Assembly: GCA_030672365.1 (NCBI GenBank)
Contig: DAOVGM010000046.1
Location: forward strand, 1-52,457
Source: Methanomassiliicoccales archaeon
GTDB lineage: Archaea > Thermoplasmatota > Thermoplasmata > SG8-5 > JAGLSY01
DNA length: 52,457 nt
Direction: 5' to 3'
Positions 17,021 through 25,353 of this stretch are shown here, piece by piece (the first letter of the stretch is position 1; each line of letters begins with the position of its first letter). The position numbers were made by a program, and so were the translations under genes. The notes under the pieces were generated by a model. That model worked only from the letters and a program-made list of their open reading frames with translations. It was not told the DNA's origin and made no database searches.

Positions 17021-19660
17021 CTACTTCCTCACCTTGAACGTCTTCATGAACTGCTCGGCAGAATCGATGTACTCTGACCGGATAGAGGACTCGACCAGTG
17101 CCAGCGCCTTGATGAGATGCTCTTTCTCCACCTTTTTGTCGTGGTCTCTGTTCCCGACCACCGCCATCAACTTCGCCTCGTCGACGATGGCCTCGATGTC
17201 GTTCGCCGAGTGGCCGTCGGTCTGATCGGCCAGCTGGTCCAGGAGGTCTGCATCGACATCCTCGTTTCGCGGGATGTCGGTCAGGTAGAGCTGGAAGAGC
17301 ATCCTGCGCGCTTCCAGGTCCGGCGGAGGCACATAGAACATCTTGTCGAACCTGCCCGGTCTCAGCATTACCGGATGAAGGCTGGCAGGGTCGTTCGTCG
17401 TAACTGCCACGAGCACGTGCTCCTTCGCCTCGAGGTTGTCTATCTCGTTGAGTATCTGGCTGATGGCCTTCCCTGCCTCCTGGCTCTCGATTGCGGTGCG
17501 TGAGCCGATGACATCGATGTCCTCGATTAGCAGGATAGATGGAGTATTCTCCCTGGCCCTGTAAAACACATCTCTGACAGGAAGTGAGCCGGTTGATGCG
17601 GTTCCGACGAATTCGGTCGCGGAAATCGTCTGCATCGGGATCTTGAGGTCCGTGGCAGCCGCGTGAAGGATATTGGACTTGCCGCAGCCGGGCGGTCCGA
17701 AGAGAAGGACACCGCGGCCTGTTTTCAGCTTGAAATCCGAAAGAACGTCCGGCTCCTTCACGAGGATCTCGATGTAGCCCATGATGACGCTCTTGACTCT
17801 GTCCAGGTGAACGAGTTCGTCCCAACTCACGACCCACTCGTCCTTGTCGCGCTTCTTGTGGTGCATTTTTCTTTCGAAATCGAGCTTGAGCATTTCGTAC
17901 TCCTTCAGCATGGCCAGTGATATGCTCGGCTTGACCGCCGCGGCGATTTTGAACAGGTCGTCGTTGGTAATTTCGGAATCTTTTCCGGACTTCATCGCCC
18001 TCTTCATGGCCAGCACGGCGGCTTCCTTGGCGACGTTCGCCAGGTCCGCGCCGGAAAACCTGTCCAACTGGGCGGCGACCGTTTCCAGTCCCAGGTTGTC
18101 GGCCAGAGGTCTGTTCCTGAGGTGAACTTTCAGGATATCGACGCGCTCCCGCACGTCCGGCGGCGGCACGTAGATTATCTTGTCAAACCTGCCCGGTCTC
18201 AGAAGGGCGGGGTCTATCAACTCCGGTTTGTTCGTCGTTCCCACCAAGATTATTCCGGCGGCGCTGTCCATTCCATCGAGTTCGGCCAGCATGATACTGA
18301 GAAGCCTGGGCGTCACGTCGTCGCCCGCGTAAAGGTCGCGGTGCTTCGCCATCGCTTCCAGGTCGTCGAAGAAGATGATGCTCGGCCTGCGCTCCTTCGC
18401 CGTTTCGAAGAGCTCGGACAGCTTGGTCTCGGACTCGCCGTACCACTTGGACATGATGTCGGAACATTTGACTGTCACCATTTCCACTTTTAATTCGTTA
18501 GCCAGCGCCTTCATGAGCAGTGTCTTGCCACAGCCAGGCGGTCCGAAGAGAAGAATTCCGTGCGGTGCTTCGACGCCGTACTTGTCAGAAATCTCGCTGG
18601 CCAGCAGCGGTATCATAATCGATTCTTTAATGTCCTCCTTGACGTCGTCCAATCCGCCAATCAATTGAAAACTGGACTCGCCCAGGCTGTCCATCTGCGA
18701 GATCCGCGTGCCGATACCCCTCTCCATCTCCAGGTTCTTGAAGTAGGTGAAGAAGAACTCGTTGGCCGCGCGGCCTACCAAAATCGAGGAAATAACAATC
18801 GGGATGATGAGAAGTCCCGTAACGATGCCCTCCGCGGTCGGCGTGAGCAACAGAAACAGCGGAATGAAATACGAGCCAGCAAAGATTCCCGCAGGAATCA
18901 ATGACTGCTCGAATCTGAATTTAAGCGATTTATTCTCCCGATTAAAGAATAGGTAGACGAAGTAAACGGCCAGGCCCCACAGGATTATCTGCATCAGGGG
19001 GGCGACATGAAGCCCCAGGTTGTTGACGATGACGTCACCCATCACTGTCAGGTCAGCACCGGTCATCTCTCCCAGCGCGCTGCCCAGGTGTCCGGGGTTG
19101 AACCAGGTCAATGCCGGCTTGTAGAATATCATGAAGCTCGTTTCGTGCACAGGGCCGACGAACATGCCGGCAACCGTAAGGTTGCCACATGTCACCATGA
19201 ACGTGAGGAATACGCCCGACACAACCACGACCGACAGCGAAAGCAGGAGCGGAAGCATGCTGGCCGATATGACGGGAACGATCATCGAAAGACCGAATCT
19301 GGACAAGAAGATCGTTATAAAGACGAGGTAGCCCACCTTCCATTCGAAGAGCGATATCATGAGGATGACGAGCGAGAACAGCATCATGAAGAGGCCGAAC
19401 TCGGGCGTTTGATAACCCGCCGCTCCGATGACGAAGATGCTGAGCAACACCATGGCCAGATACGGAAATCTATATGCCACGATTGCGATGATGAACGCGA
19501 TCGTGATGGCCATCCAGATAGGGTAGAAAGGTATCCATGTAGAGCCCAGAAGCGCGAGAATGAAGAACAAAAGCACAATCACAAGCTTCGGCTCGCGGGA
19601 CTCCTGCGCGACCATCTGGCTCATGGTTTTCGGCATGACCTTCCGCATGAGGTCATTCAT
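17021..19660 (-). CDS. Polytopic-membrane-anchored double AAA+ ATPase (classic-clade, CDC48/FtsH-like modules)
   Basis: The N-terminal ~300 aa carries about 9 hydrophobic helices. D1 has GPPGCGKT, IIFFDDLE and PALLRPGRFD. D2 has GPPGCGKS, ILLIEDID and PVMLRPGRFD. ATG 19660 overlaps the upstream stop (ATGAATGA). Confidence 0.85.
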   Translation of the reverse strand: MNDLMRKVMPKTMSQMVAQESREPKLVIVLLFFILALLGSTWIPFYPIWMAITIAFIIAIVAYRFPYLAMVLLSIFVIGAAGYQTPEFGLFMMLFSLVILMISLFEWKVGYLVFITIFLSRFGLSMIVPVISASMLPLLLSLSVVVVSGVFLTFMVTCGNLTVAGMFVGPVHETSFMIFYKPALTWFNPGHLGSALGEMTGADLTVMGDVIVNNLGLHVAPLMQIILWGLAVYFVYLFFNRENKSLKFRFEQSLIPAGIFAGSYFIPLFLLLTPTAEGIVTGLLIIPIVISSILVGRAANEFFFTYFKNLEMERGIGTRISQMDSLGESSFQLIGGLDDVKEDIKESIMIPLLASEISDKYGVEAPHGILLFGPPGCGKTLLMKALANELKVEMVTVKCSDIMSKWYGESETKLSELFETAKERRPSIIFFDDLEAMAKHRDLYAGDDVTPRLLSIMLAELDGMDSAAGIILVGTTNKPELIDPALLRPGRFDKIIYVPPPDVRERVDILKVHLRNRPLADNLGLETVAAQLDRFSGADLANVAKEAAVLAMKRAMKSGKDSEITNDDLFKIAAAVKPSISLAMLKEYEMLKLDFERKMHHKKRDKDEWVVSWDELVHLDRVKSVIMGYIEILVKEPDVLSDFKLKTGRGVLLFGPPGCGKSNILHAAATDLKIPMQTISATEFVGTASTGSLPVRDVFYRARENTPSILLIEDIDVIGSRTAIESQEAGKAISQILNEIDNLEAKEHVLVAVTTNDPASLHPVMLRPGRFDKMFYVPPPDLEARRMLFQLYLTDIPRNEDVDADLLDQLADQTDGHSANDIEAIVDEAKLMAVVGNRDHDKKVEKEHLIKALALVESSIRSEYIDSAEQFMKTFKVRK

Positions 19661-20822
19661 TCTTTCCCACCTCCTTCTTCGAGTCCTCGATTGCTTTCTT
19701 CTTCATCGATTCGTCTGCAGAACGTCTCTTTACGAGCCGCCTGGTGTCCTTCGGCGGTTCGGGAACTTCCTCAGCCTCCGGAGTATCTTTCGTTTCCGGC
19801 CCGGAGGATGCCCCGGCCTCCGGAATGACTGGCTTGCCCGAGGTAATGGATTCAACCATGTCAGGGCTCAGGATGAGCTCGTCCTTCCTCTCCTCCCTCT
19901 GTCTTTCCTCGTTCAGAACGTATGCGAACGCCGGTATGGCCAGCGCACTAATGACTATCATCGAGACCAGTATCGCCGTATCGGGATACCATTTCGAGTT
20001 GTCCCTGACCCCTTCCTCGTCGCGCGTGTAATCGAAAGGATACTTGAACTGGACTATGCCGGCAAGGCTGTAATCGACGCTCTCGGACTTCGTCAGGCTG
20101 CTGTATTCATCCCAGGCGATGACCCAGAATGAGATGTTCGTACCCGCGGCGTGAAAGTTGCCGGGAATCTCGCGCTCCATTGCCGTCAGATTAATCCTGT
20201 CAAAGGTCCAGCCGCCGGATTCCGTTATCCCGTTGCTGGGTGTGTACAAGAAATAAAGGTTTGCGCCCTCGATGGGCACTCCCTCTATTGATTCTATCGC
20301 AACGGTCATCGGCTCCGTCGCATTGGGAACGGTCGGCTCCCAGTTCATGCGGATGTTCTCCTCGAAATCGTCGTGCACCCAGCCGCCGGTCCTCTCCTCG
20401 CCCACAACTGTCAATACGACGTCAGGCGAAAGCATGGGCACGTTGTTGTAGTCCAGCACGTTCAGGTAGAACTTCACGACCGTGCCGTTATACATGTAGG
20501 GCCCGATGCTCGTCCTCATGACAGTCTCGTTGATACGCTGGAACGTCCGTCCCCCTGTGGAAATCGCACCGCCGGGATAAGTGATCTCGATTTCAGCATA
20601 CGCGATTTGAATAGTGACATCTGGCTCCCTCGAGGTAACTGTGATGACAATCGGCTCGGAAGGTTTCGGCACGACAGGGCTGTAATCGAGCTCGATGTTG
20701 TCCTCGAAATCGGAGTGCTGCCATCCGATGGAGGTCTGCTGGCCCAAACCGAAAAAACAAAACAAGGGCATCGAGAGCATGACAACGATGAAAGCGATTG
20801 TGAACACTCTGGCTGTCTTCAT
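19653..20822 (-). CDS. Type I membrane protein with signal peptide, two tandem ~115-aa extracellular repeats, TM and acidic/basic cytoplasmic tail
   Basis: I prefer ATG 20822 (MKTARVFTIAFIVVMLSMPLFCFFGLG, a signal peptide). The repeats begin WQHSDFEDNIELDYSPVVPKPSEPIVITV and WVHDDFEENIRMNWEPTVPNATEPMTVAI. The TM is TAILVSMIVISALAIPAFAYVL. Confidence 0.65.
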   Translation of the reverse strand: MKTARVFTIAFIVVMLSMPLFCFFGLGQQTSIGWQHSDFEDNIELDYSPVVPKPSEPIVITVTSREPDVTIQIAYAEIEITYPGGAISTGGRTFQRINETVMRTSIGPYMYNGTVVKFYLNVLDYNNVPMLSPDVVLTVVGEERTGGWVHDDFEENIRMNWEPTVPNATEPMTVAIESIEGVPIEGANLYFLYTPSNGITESGGWTFDRINLTAMEREIPGNFHAAGTNISFWVIAWDEYSSLTKSESVDYSLAGIVQFKYPFDYTRDEEGVRDNSKWYPDTAILVSMIVISALAIPAFAYVLNEERQREERKDELILSPDMVESITSGKPVIPEAGASSGPETKDTPEAEEVPEPPKDTRRLVKRRSADESMKKKAIEDSKKEVGKNE

Positions 20823-20830
20823 TTGAAACC

Positions 20831-22135
20831 TCACGTGCTTACCTTGATGGCCTGTCTGATGGCGACCTTCGGTTTAACTCTTGTCCTTATTCTGTCTCCC
20901 AATGCCAGTCCCGCGAAACCTGCGAAGAGGTATTGGGCGGGAATCGCCGTGGCCAGCGGGATGCTGGGCGGCGGAGGCGGCGGAGGCGGTGGCGGAGGCG
21001 GCAGTGTCGGTGCCGGCGTCGGCATGCTGGACGGCGCCATCGGTAACGGCGGGTCCAACGGGGCCGGGGGCGCCTGGACAAACCTGTTCCCCAGGAAAAT
21101 CGAAGCCATCTCGAACATCTCGCCTGTTTGGTCCTGTGGCAAGTACGAGAACAACTCAACGGTTCCCTTACCGAATCTGAAATAAGATGCAAACAGGATC
21201 TGACAGTCTGACTCGGATGCGGTCAGCATGACCTTCATGCTCGAGGTGGCCGGCGTCGATGCCACGACCTCACTGCCCTCAACAACTATCTGACTCGAAC
21301 CATAATACTGTGAAAGCGATTCCCCGACATTCGTGAAATTGGCAGTGTAGCTGTCAGACCTCGGAACGTGCGTGCTGACCATACCGGGGAACACCGCTTT
21401 CACATCTTTAATTGCCTTTCCAATGAATATCACATTCCGCCCGCTGGCTACCGCGGTTTTGATGGCAGCCTTCAACCCATAATACTTGTACATTTCACCG
21501 TTGGTACCCGGGTCTTCAAAGATTATCAGGTCATTATCCAAAATAGGAGATGGGTCCCAGTCTAAATGGTATATTTGTTTCGTCGTATGTGGTATATCCA
21601 TCCTATCCAGCAAAACCTTCGAAAGACTTCTCTGCTCGTAAGCTTCTGGCTTAGCAACAATCAAAACTTTCGTTGGCTCCTCGATTTTATAAACCCTGTT
21701 CCACATGAACGTGGCACTGAGAGTATGAATGGTTACTTCGGTGAAATGTGCGCTCACGTCATTCACCACGGTTTCGTTATAGCCAGTAAGAATGATCGGG
21801 CCGCCATAGTAATACACCCCTTCCGGATGAACATCGGTCTGCATGAAGGCGTTGCCGTCCATATCCTCCGATTCGATGAGTCGATAGCAGGTCGTTTCAT
21901 TTCTCAGAAGCGCGTGCATGAATCCAAACACGAGAAGCCTGTCGTTCTGTTTGTCGTCCATAGGAAGCACCAAATCGCCGGGATTAAAGGGCAGGGACTC
22001 ATATCTCTCCTGGGCAGCCACGATTGCCTGGACGTTACTCGGCATGGCTGATAGAACGAGAACTAAGACCAGCAGAACGAGCCCGAAGCAGGAGTAAAAT
22101 CTCCCGATTCTTGTGACTCCCCTCTTTCGAAACAT
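20831..22135 (-). CDS. Secreted protein with Pro-rich stalk (12 consecutive Pro) and short C-terminal hydrophobic anchor
   Basis: I prefer ATG 22135 (MFRKRGVTRIGRFYSCFGLVLLVLVLVLSAMPSNVQA, a signal peptide). The C-terminus reads APPAPLDPPLPMAPSSMPTPAPTLPPPPPPPPPPPPSIP...YLFAGFAGLALGDRIRTRVK. Confidence 0.65.
   Translation of the reverse strand: MFRKRGVTRIGRFYSCFGLVLLVLVLVLSAMPSNVQAIVAAQERYESLPFNPGDLVLPMDDKQNDRLLVFGFMHALLRNETTCYRLIESEDMDGNAFMQTDVHPEGVYYYGGPIILTGYNETVVNDVSAHFTEVTIHTLSATFMWNRVYKIEEPTKVLIVAKPEAYEQRSLSKVLLDRMDIPHTTKQIYHLDWDPSPILDNDLIIFEDPGTNGEMYKYYGLKAAIKTAVASGRNVIFIGKAIKDVKAVFPGMVSTHVPRSDSYTANFTNVGESLSQYYGSSQIVVEGSEVVASTPATSSMKVMLTASESDCQILFASYFRFGKGTVELFSYLPQDQTGEMFEMASIFLGNRFVQAPPAPLDPPLPMAPSSMPTPAPTLPPPPPPPPPPPPSIPLATAIPAQYLFAGFAGLALGDRIRTRVKPKVAIRQAIKVST
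20966..21001 (-). repeat. (CGG CGG AGG)-type 9-nt microsatellite encoding Pro12
   Basis: The plus strand reads gggcggcggaggcggcggaggcggtggcggaggcgg. Its reverse complement encodes 12 CCN codons. Confidence 0.85.
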
Positions 22136-22277
22136 TTCTTTTGCTCCTGGCCAATAATTATAAGACCCCTTATATATCATTTTCCCAACAAAATAGTAAC
22201 AATAAATATATTTACCTTGAACTGTATATGTGGACGATACCAACACGAGGGGTGAGTGAACGCCTATAGATATTGGC
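22136..22277. promoter_or_regulatory. AT-rich divergent promoter region
   Basis: There are several TATA-like boxes: cttatatatca at about 22168-22178 for the minus operon, and aataaatatattta at about 22200-22214 for the plus gene. Confidence 0.35.
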
Positions 22278-23969
22278 TTGAACTATCTTATTTACGAGGA
22301 GAGGACAGACGAGACCTTCAAATTATTCGACGAAGTAGTCAAATCTGGAGTGCCTGGCCTCTGCATTACGACGGTATATCCCAAGAAGCTGAAAAAAATG
22401 TACGGCCTGGACGAAAAGGCGAAGATTTACTGGCTGTCGGATTCCAGCAACGAGCCAGACACGTTAGTGCCCACTAGACTCGACTTCGAAATCACGAGGG
22501 TCATAAACAAGTTCATTAAGGACAATGAAGAATCGATTCTCCTCCTCGACGGATTCGCTTATCTCACGCTCGAGAACGAGTATGACAAGGTTCGGAAATT
22601 TGTCAAGCGAACGAATGACCTGGCTTCCGTGAATAATGGCACAATTATTGTCGTGGTGAACCCGCAGTCATTCAACAAGGAAACCGTTACGACGCTCTCG
22701 CGTGATTTCGACAAGGTTGGTGATGTCGGCGACTTTTCAGGGAAGCCGGCGGCGCAACCGCAACCCGCGGCGCCGCAGCCAGCTACCCCGCAACCGATGG
22801 CAGCCCCCCAGACACCCACCTCGCCGCATGACCTCAGAATCGACGCAGGCGTCGACGAACTGGTGGGCCCCCCTGTAGTGGAAGAAGAACCCGAGGATGA
22901 CCTGCCGGACCTTGAAATCGAGGATATATATCTCATTCATCGAAGCACCGGCACCCTTATTCAAAGAAGGACATGGCGTGACCAGGACCTAATAGACCCC
23001 GACCTCGTGGGCGGTATGTTCCAGGCTATCCTGGACTTCATCAACAACTCGTTCGCCGCTGGCGAGGTATCAGACTTCAGCAGAATCGACGTCAAAGGAT
23101 ATATCATTCTCATTGCGGACGGCGATTTCGTATCTGTGGCTCTTGTTTTCTCCGGCAAGGTCGAAGAGTACATCAACAAGGCCATGAAGGATATCAAAAA
23201 GGCACTCAAGTCCAACATCGGCGATGTCGAGGTCAGCTACAAGAACATCCTCGCGGAATACGACGGGGACGTGAGCAAACTTCGCGGCACCAGAAAGAAC
23301 CTGGACTCCCTGTCAATGGACATCAACGCCGCCCTTGAAGAACATCTCAAGGGCAGAATTAGGAAGAGAAAATTATCACAGATGGAAAAGAAACAGGTCA
23401 GCGATAAGTTCTCCCAGGCCGTGAGTATGGGCCGTCAGAAGAAATTCGATGAAGCCATTAAACTTTATGACTCAGCTTTGGGCATAGACCCGACCCACAC
23501 CGAATCCCTGTTCAACAAAGGTGTTATTTTACAGATACTGGGCAGAATCGACAACGCACTGGAATGCTATGATACGGTCATTCAAATCAACCCAAATGAT
23601 AGTGAGGTCTGGGGAAACCGCGGAATAGCCCTCAGGTCAATCGGCCAGGTCGACGAGGCAATCGATTCATACGACCAGGGCCTTCAGATAAATCCCGGCG
23701 ATTCCAGTCTGTGGAGCAACAGGGGCATCGCGCTCAGAAGCGTTGGGAGGATCAAGGAGGCGATAGAGTCTTATGACAACGCACTTGAAATCAATCCGCG
23801 GGACGCCGGCGTTTGGAGCAATAAAGGGGTAGTACTAGGAAGCATGGGTCTTATGAAAGAGGCAATCGAGTGCTACGACAAGGCGCTTTCCATCGACCCG
23901 GGCAGACGACTAGCTTCGAAGAACAGAGAAATTGCCATCAAGGAGATCGAAAGGAGGGGACTGACATAG
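22278..23969 (+). CDS. DUF835 domain - roadblock/longin-like module - TPR protein
   Basis: The start is TTG; there is no in-frame ATG before residue 40. The DUF835 pattern is YLIYEE..GLCITTVYPKKL..IYWLS..ILLLDGFAYL..IIVVVNP. A Pro/Ala/Gln linker follows. The roadblock-like module is IYLIHRSTGTLI..DPDLVGGMFQAILDFINNSF..GYIILIADGDFVSVALVFSG. Then come 34-aa TPRs (INPNDSEVWGNRGIAL etc.). Confidence 0.8.
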   Translation: MNYLIYEERTDETFKLFDEVVKSGVPGLCITTVYPKKLKKMYGLDEKAKIYWLSDSSNEPDTLVPTRLDFEITRVINKFIKDNEESILLLDGFAYLTLENEYDKVRKFVKRTNDLASVNNGTIIVVVNPQSFNKETVTTLSRDFDKVGDVGDFSGKPAAQPQPAAPQPATPQPMAAPQTPTSPHDLRIDAGVDELVGPPVVEEEPEDDLPDLEIEDIYLIHRSTGTLIQRRTWRDQDLIDPDLVGGMFQAILDFINNSFAAGEVSDFSRIDVKGYIILIADGDFVSVALVFSGKVEEYINKAMKDIKKALKSNIGDVEVSYKNILAEYDGDVSKLRGTRKNLDSLSMDINAALEEHLKGRIRKRKLSQMEKKQVSDKFSQAVSMGRQKKFDEAIKLYDSALGIDPTHTESLFNKGVILQILGRIDNALECYDTVIQINPNDSEVWGNRGIALRSIGQVDEAIDSYDQGLQINPGDSSLWSNRGIALRSVGRIKEAIESYDNALEINPRDAGVWSNKGVVLGSMGLMKEAIECYDKALSIDPGRRLASKNREIAIKEIERRGLT

Positions 23970-23979
23970 GTGATGTCAC

Positions 23980-25302
23980 ATGATTGAGAAGGGGAAGAAT
24001 CATTTGATTTTTGAGTCCAGCACGAATTACACGATGGAAATGTTTACCGAATTCGACAAACACGGGACACCGTGCATCATGGTCACGACAAATCTGCCGA
24101 AGAAGATAAAAAAGGAATTCAATCTCAAACAGGTTGAATTTATCTGGCTCACAGAAGCGGACGACCCGAAGGCCCTGAAAGGACCCATAACCGATGAGCT
24201 ACGGGATTTTGTCAGGAACAACAAAGGCTCGGTCATTTTTATCGATGAAGTCGAGTACTTGATTCTCGAGAACGGCTATGAAGTCGTCGAGGAGTTTTTG
24301 GTGGGATTGGGGAATATAACTCATGAGTTCGGAGGAACACTCATAGTTCCGCTCGACCCCAATTCGATTACCGAAGAGATTTCAAAAGCCCTATCCAAGA
24401 AGTTTGACCAGATAAAGGATGTGAGGAACATTATGCTAACAGGGAACAAGGTAGAATGCCCGGAGTGCGGGGCGATGTGGCATACCAACATCCCAGTCTG
24501 CGACATCTGCGGTTATGAATTCAAGGCCGACAGGGTAAAACCGTCGCTGGCTTCGGAGGAGAAGAAGATCCCGCGTATCGAGGCGAAGATATCCGGTAAA
24601 CTTCGCTCCGGGATGCCCGTGCCCGAACCAATGCCAGAACCAATACCAGAATCAATGCCTGAACCGGTACGAGAACCGGAGCCGGAACGCGAACCCGTGG
24701 ACAAACCCGCAGCGTACGACCATGCCGTCAGACCGCAGGACGACTCCTGGTTTAATAGAGGCGTCGCCCTTGAAAAAATGGGCAAGAGCGAGCAGGCGAT
24801 CGAGTGCTTCGACAAGGCGCTGGATGAGAACCCGAATGACTCCTGGGCCTGGTTTAACAAGGGCGTGTCATTGCACCGTCTTGGTTTGCTGGGCGAGGCC
24901 CTTTTCTGTTATGATAAAGCTCTGACCTACAACCCGAACGACTCGGACCTGATGTCCAACAAGGGCATTCTTCTCAGAACGCTGGGCAAGACCGACGAGG
25001 CACTGGAATGCTACGAACGCGCCCTCGAGCTGAGCCCGCACGACCCCGGTATCTGGTCAAATCTGGGAGTCACATATCGTGTTCTGGGCATGGTCGACAA
25101 GGCTTTGGAGGCTTACAATAAAGCCCTGGAGATCGACAGCCAGGACGTAGGTGTCTGGCTGAATAAAGCGGCGGCACTGCAGTCCGAGGGAAGATTCGAT
25201 GAAGCCATCCAGTGCTATGAATCCATACTCAAGATCAATCCATATCATCCGGTCGCATTGCGAAACAAGGAATTCGCAATGGGGCGGTCGCTTCGCAGCT
25301 AA
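23980..25302 (+). CDS. DUF835 domain - zinc ribbon - TPR protein
   Basis: The DUF835 pattern is HLIFES..PCIMVTTNLPKK..FIWLTE..VIFIDEVEYL..LIVPLDP. CPECG..CDICG is a zinc ribbon. The linker is Pro/Glu-rich (PVPEPMPEPIPESMPEPVREPEPEREP). Five to six 34-aa TPRs follow. Confidence 0.8.
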   Translation: MIEKGKNHLIFESSTNYTMEMFTEFDKHGTPCIMVTTNLPKKIKKEFNLKQVEFIWLTEADDPKALKGPITDELRDFVRNNKGSVIFIDEVEYLILENGYEVVEEFLVGLGNITHEFGGTLIVPLDPNSITEEISKALSKKFDQIKDVRNIMLTGNKVECPECGAMWHTNIPVCDICGYEFKADRVKPSLASEEKKIPRIEAKISGKLRSGMPVPEPMPEPIPESMPEPVREPEPEREPVDKPAAYDHAVRPQDDSWFNRGVALEKMGKSEQAIECFDKALDENPNDSWAWFNKGVSLHRLGLLGEALFCYDKALTYNPNDSDLMSNKGILLRTLGKTDEALECYERALELSPHDPGIWSNLGVTYRVLGMVDKALEAYNKALEIDSQDVGVWLNKAAALQSEGRFDEAIQCYESILKINPYHPVALRNKEFAMGRSLRS

Positions 25303-25353
25303 AACAATCATCCTTCGGCTGAATGTTTTATTCAAGCAGCCATATGCTCAAAT

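Noticed and set aside
17016-19828. Two 273-aa ORFs (17016..17837 on the minus strand and 19007..19828 on the plus strand) overlap the AAA+ gene.
   Set aside because: Their Arg/Gly/Pro-rich and His/Arg/Asp/Glu-rich translations carry no motifs. The 879-aa frame carries complete Walker A, Walker B and Arg-finger motifs twice.
20831-20960. I considered calling the C-terminal tail of the Pro-rich secreted protein a PGF-CTERM archaeosortase signal.
   Set aside because: The motif reads FAGFAGLALG with no Pro-Gly-Phe, and about 25 residues follow the short hydrophobic segment. It is kept only as a low-confidence possibility in the findings.
20373-21185. A 270-aa plus-strand ORF contains a GGGGGGGGGGGG run.
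   Set aside because: It is the antisense reading of the Pro12 microsatellite. The minus-strand genes have signal peptides and operon-style coupling.
22136-22246. The track gives N-terminal extensions for several genes: 22136-22246, 5758-5787, 45696-45758, 42114-42182 and 38055-38069.
   Set aside because: The internal ATGs give canonical signal peptides or family-typical N-termini with an SD or ATGA coupling. The extensions have atypical composition.
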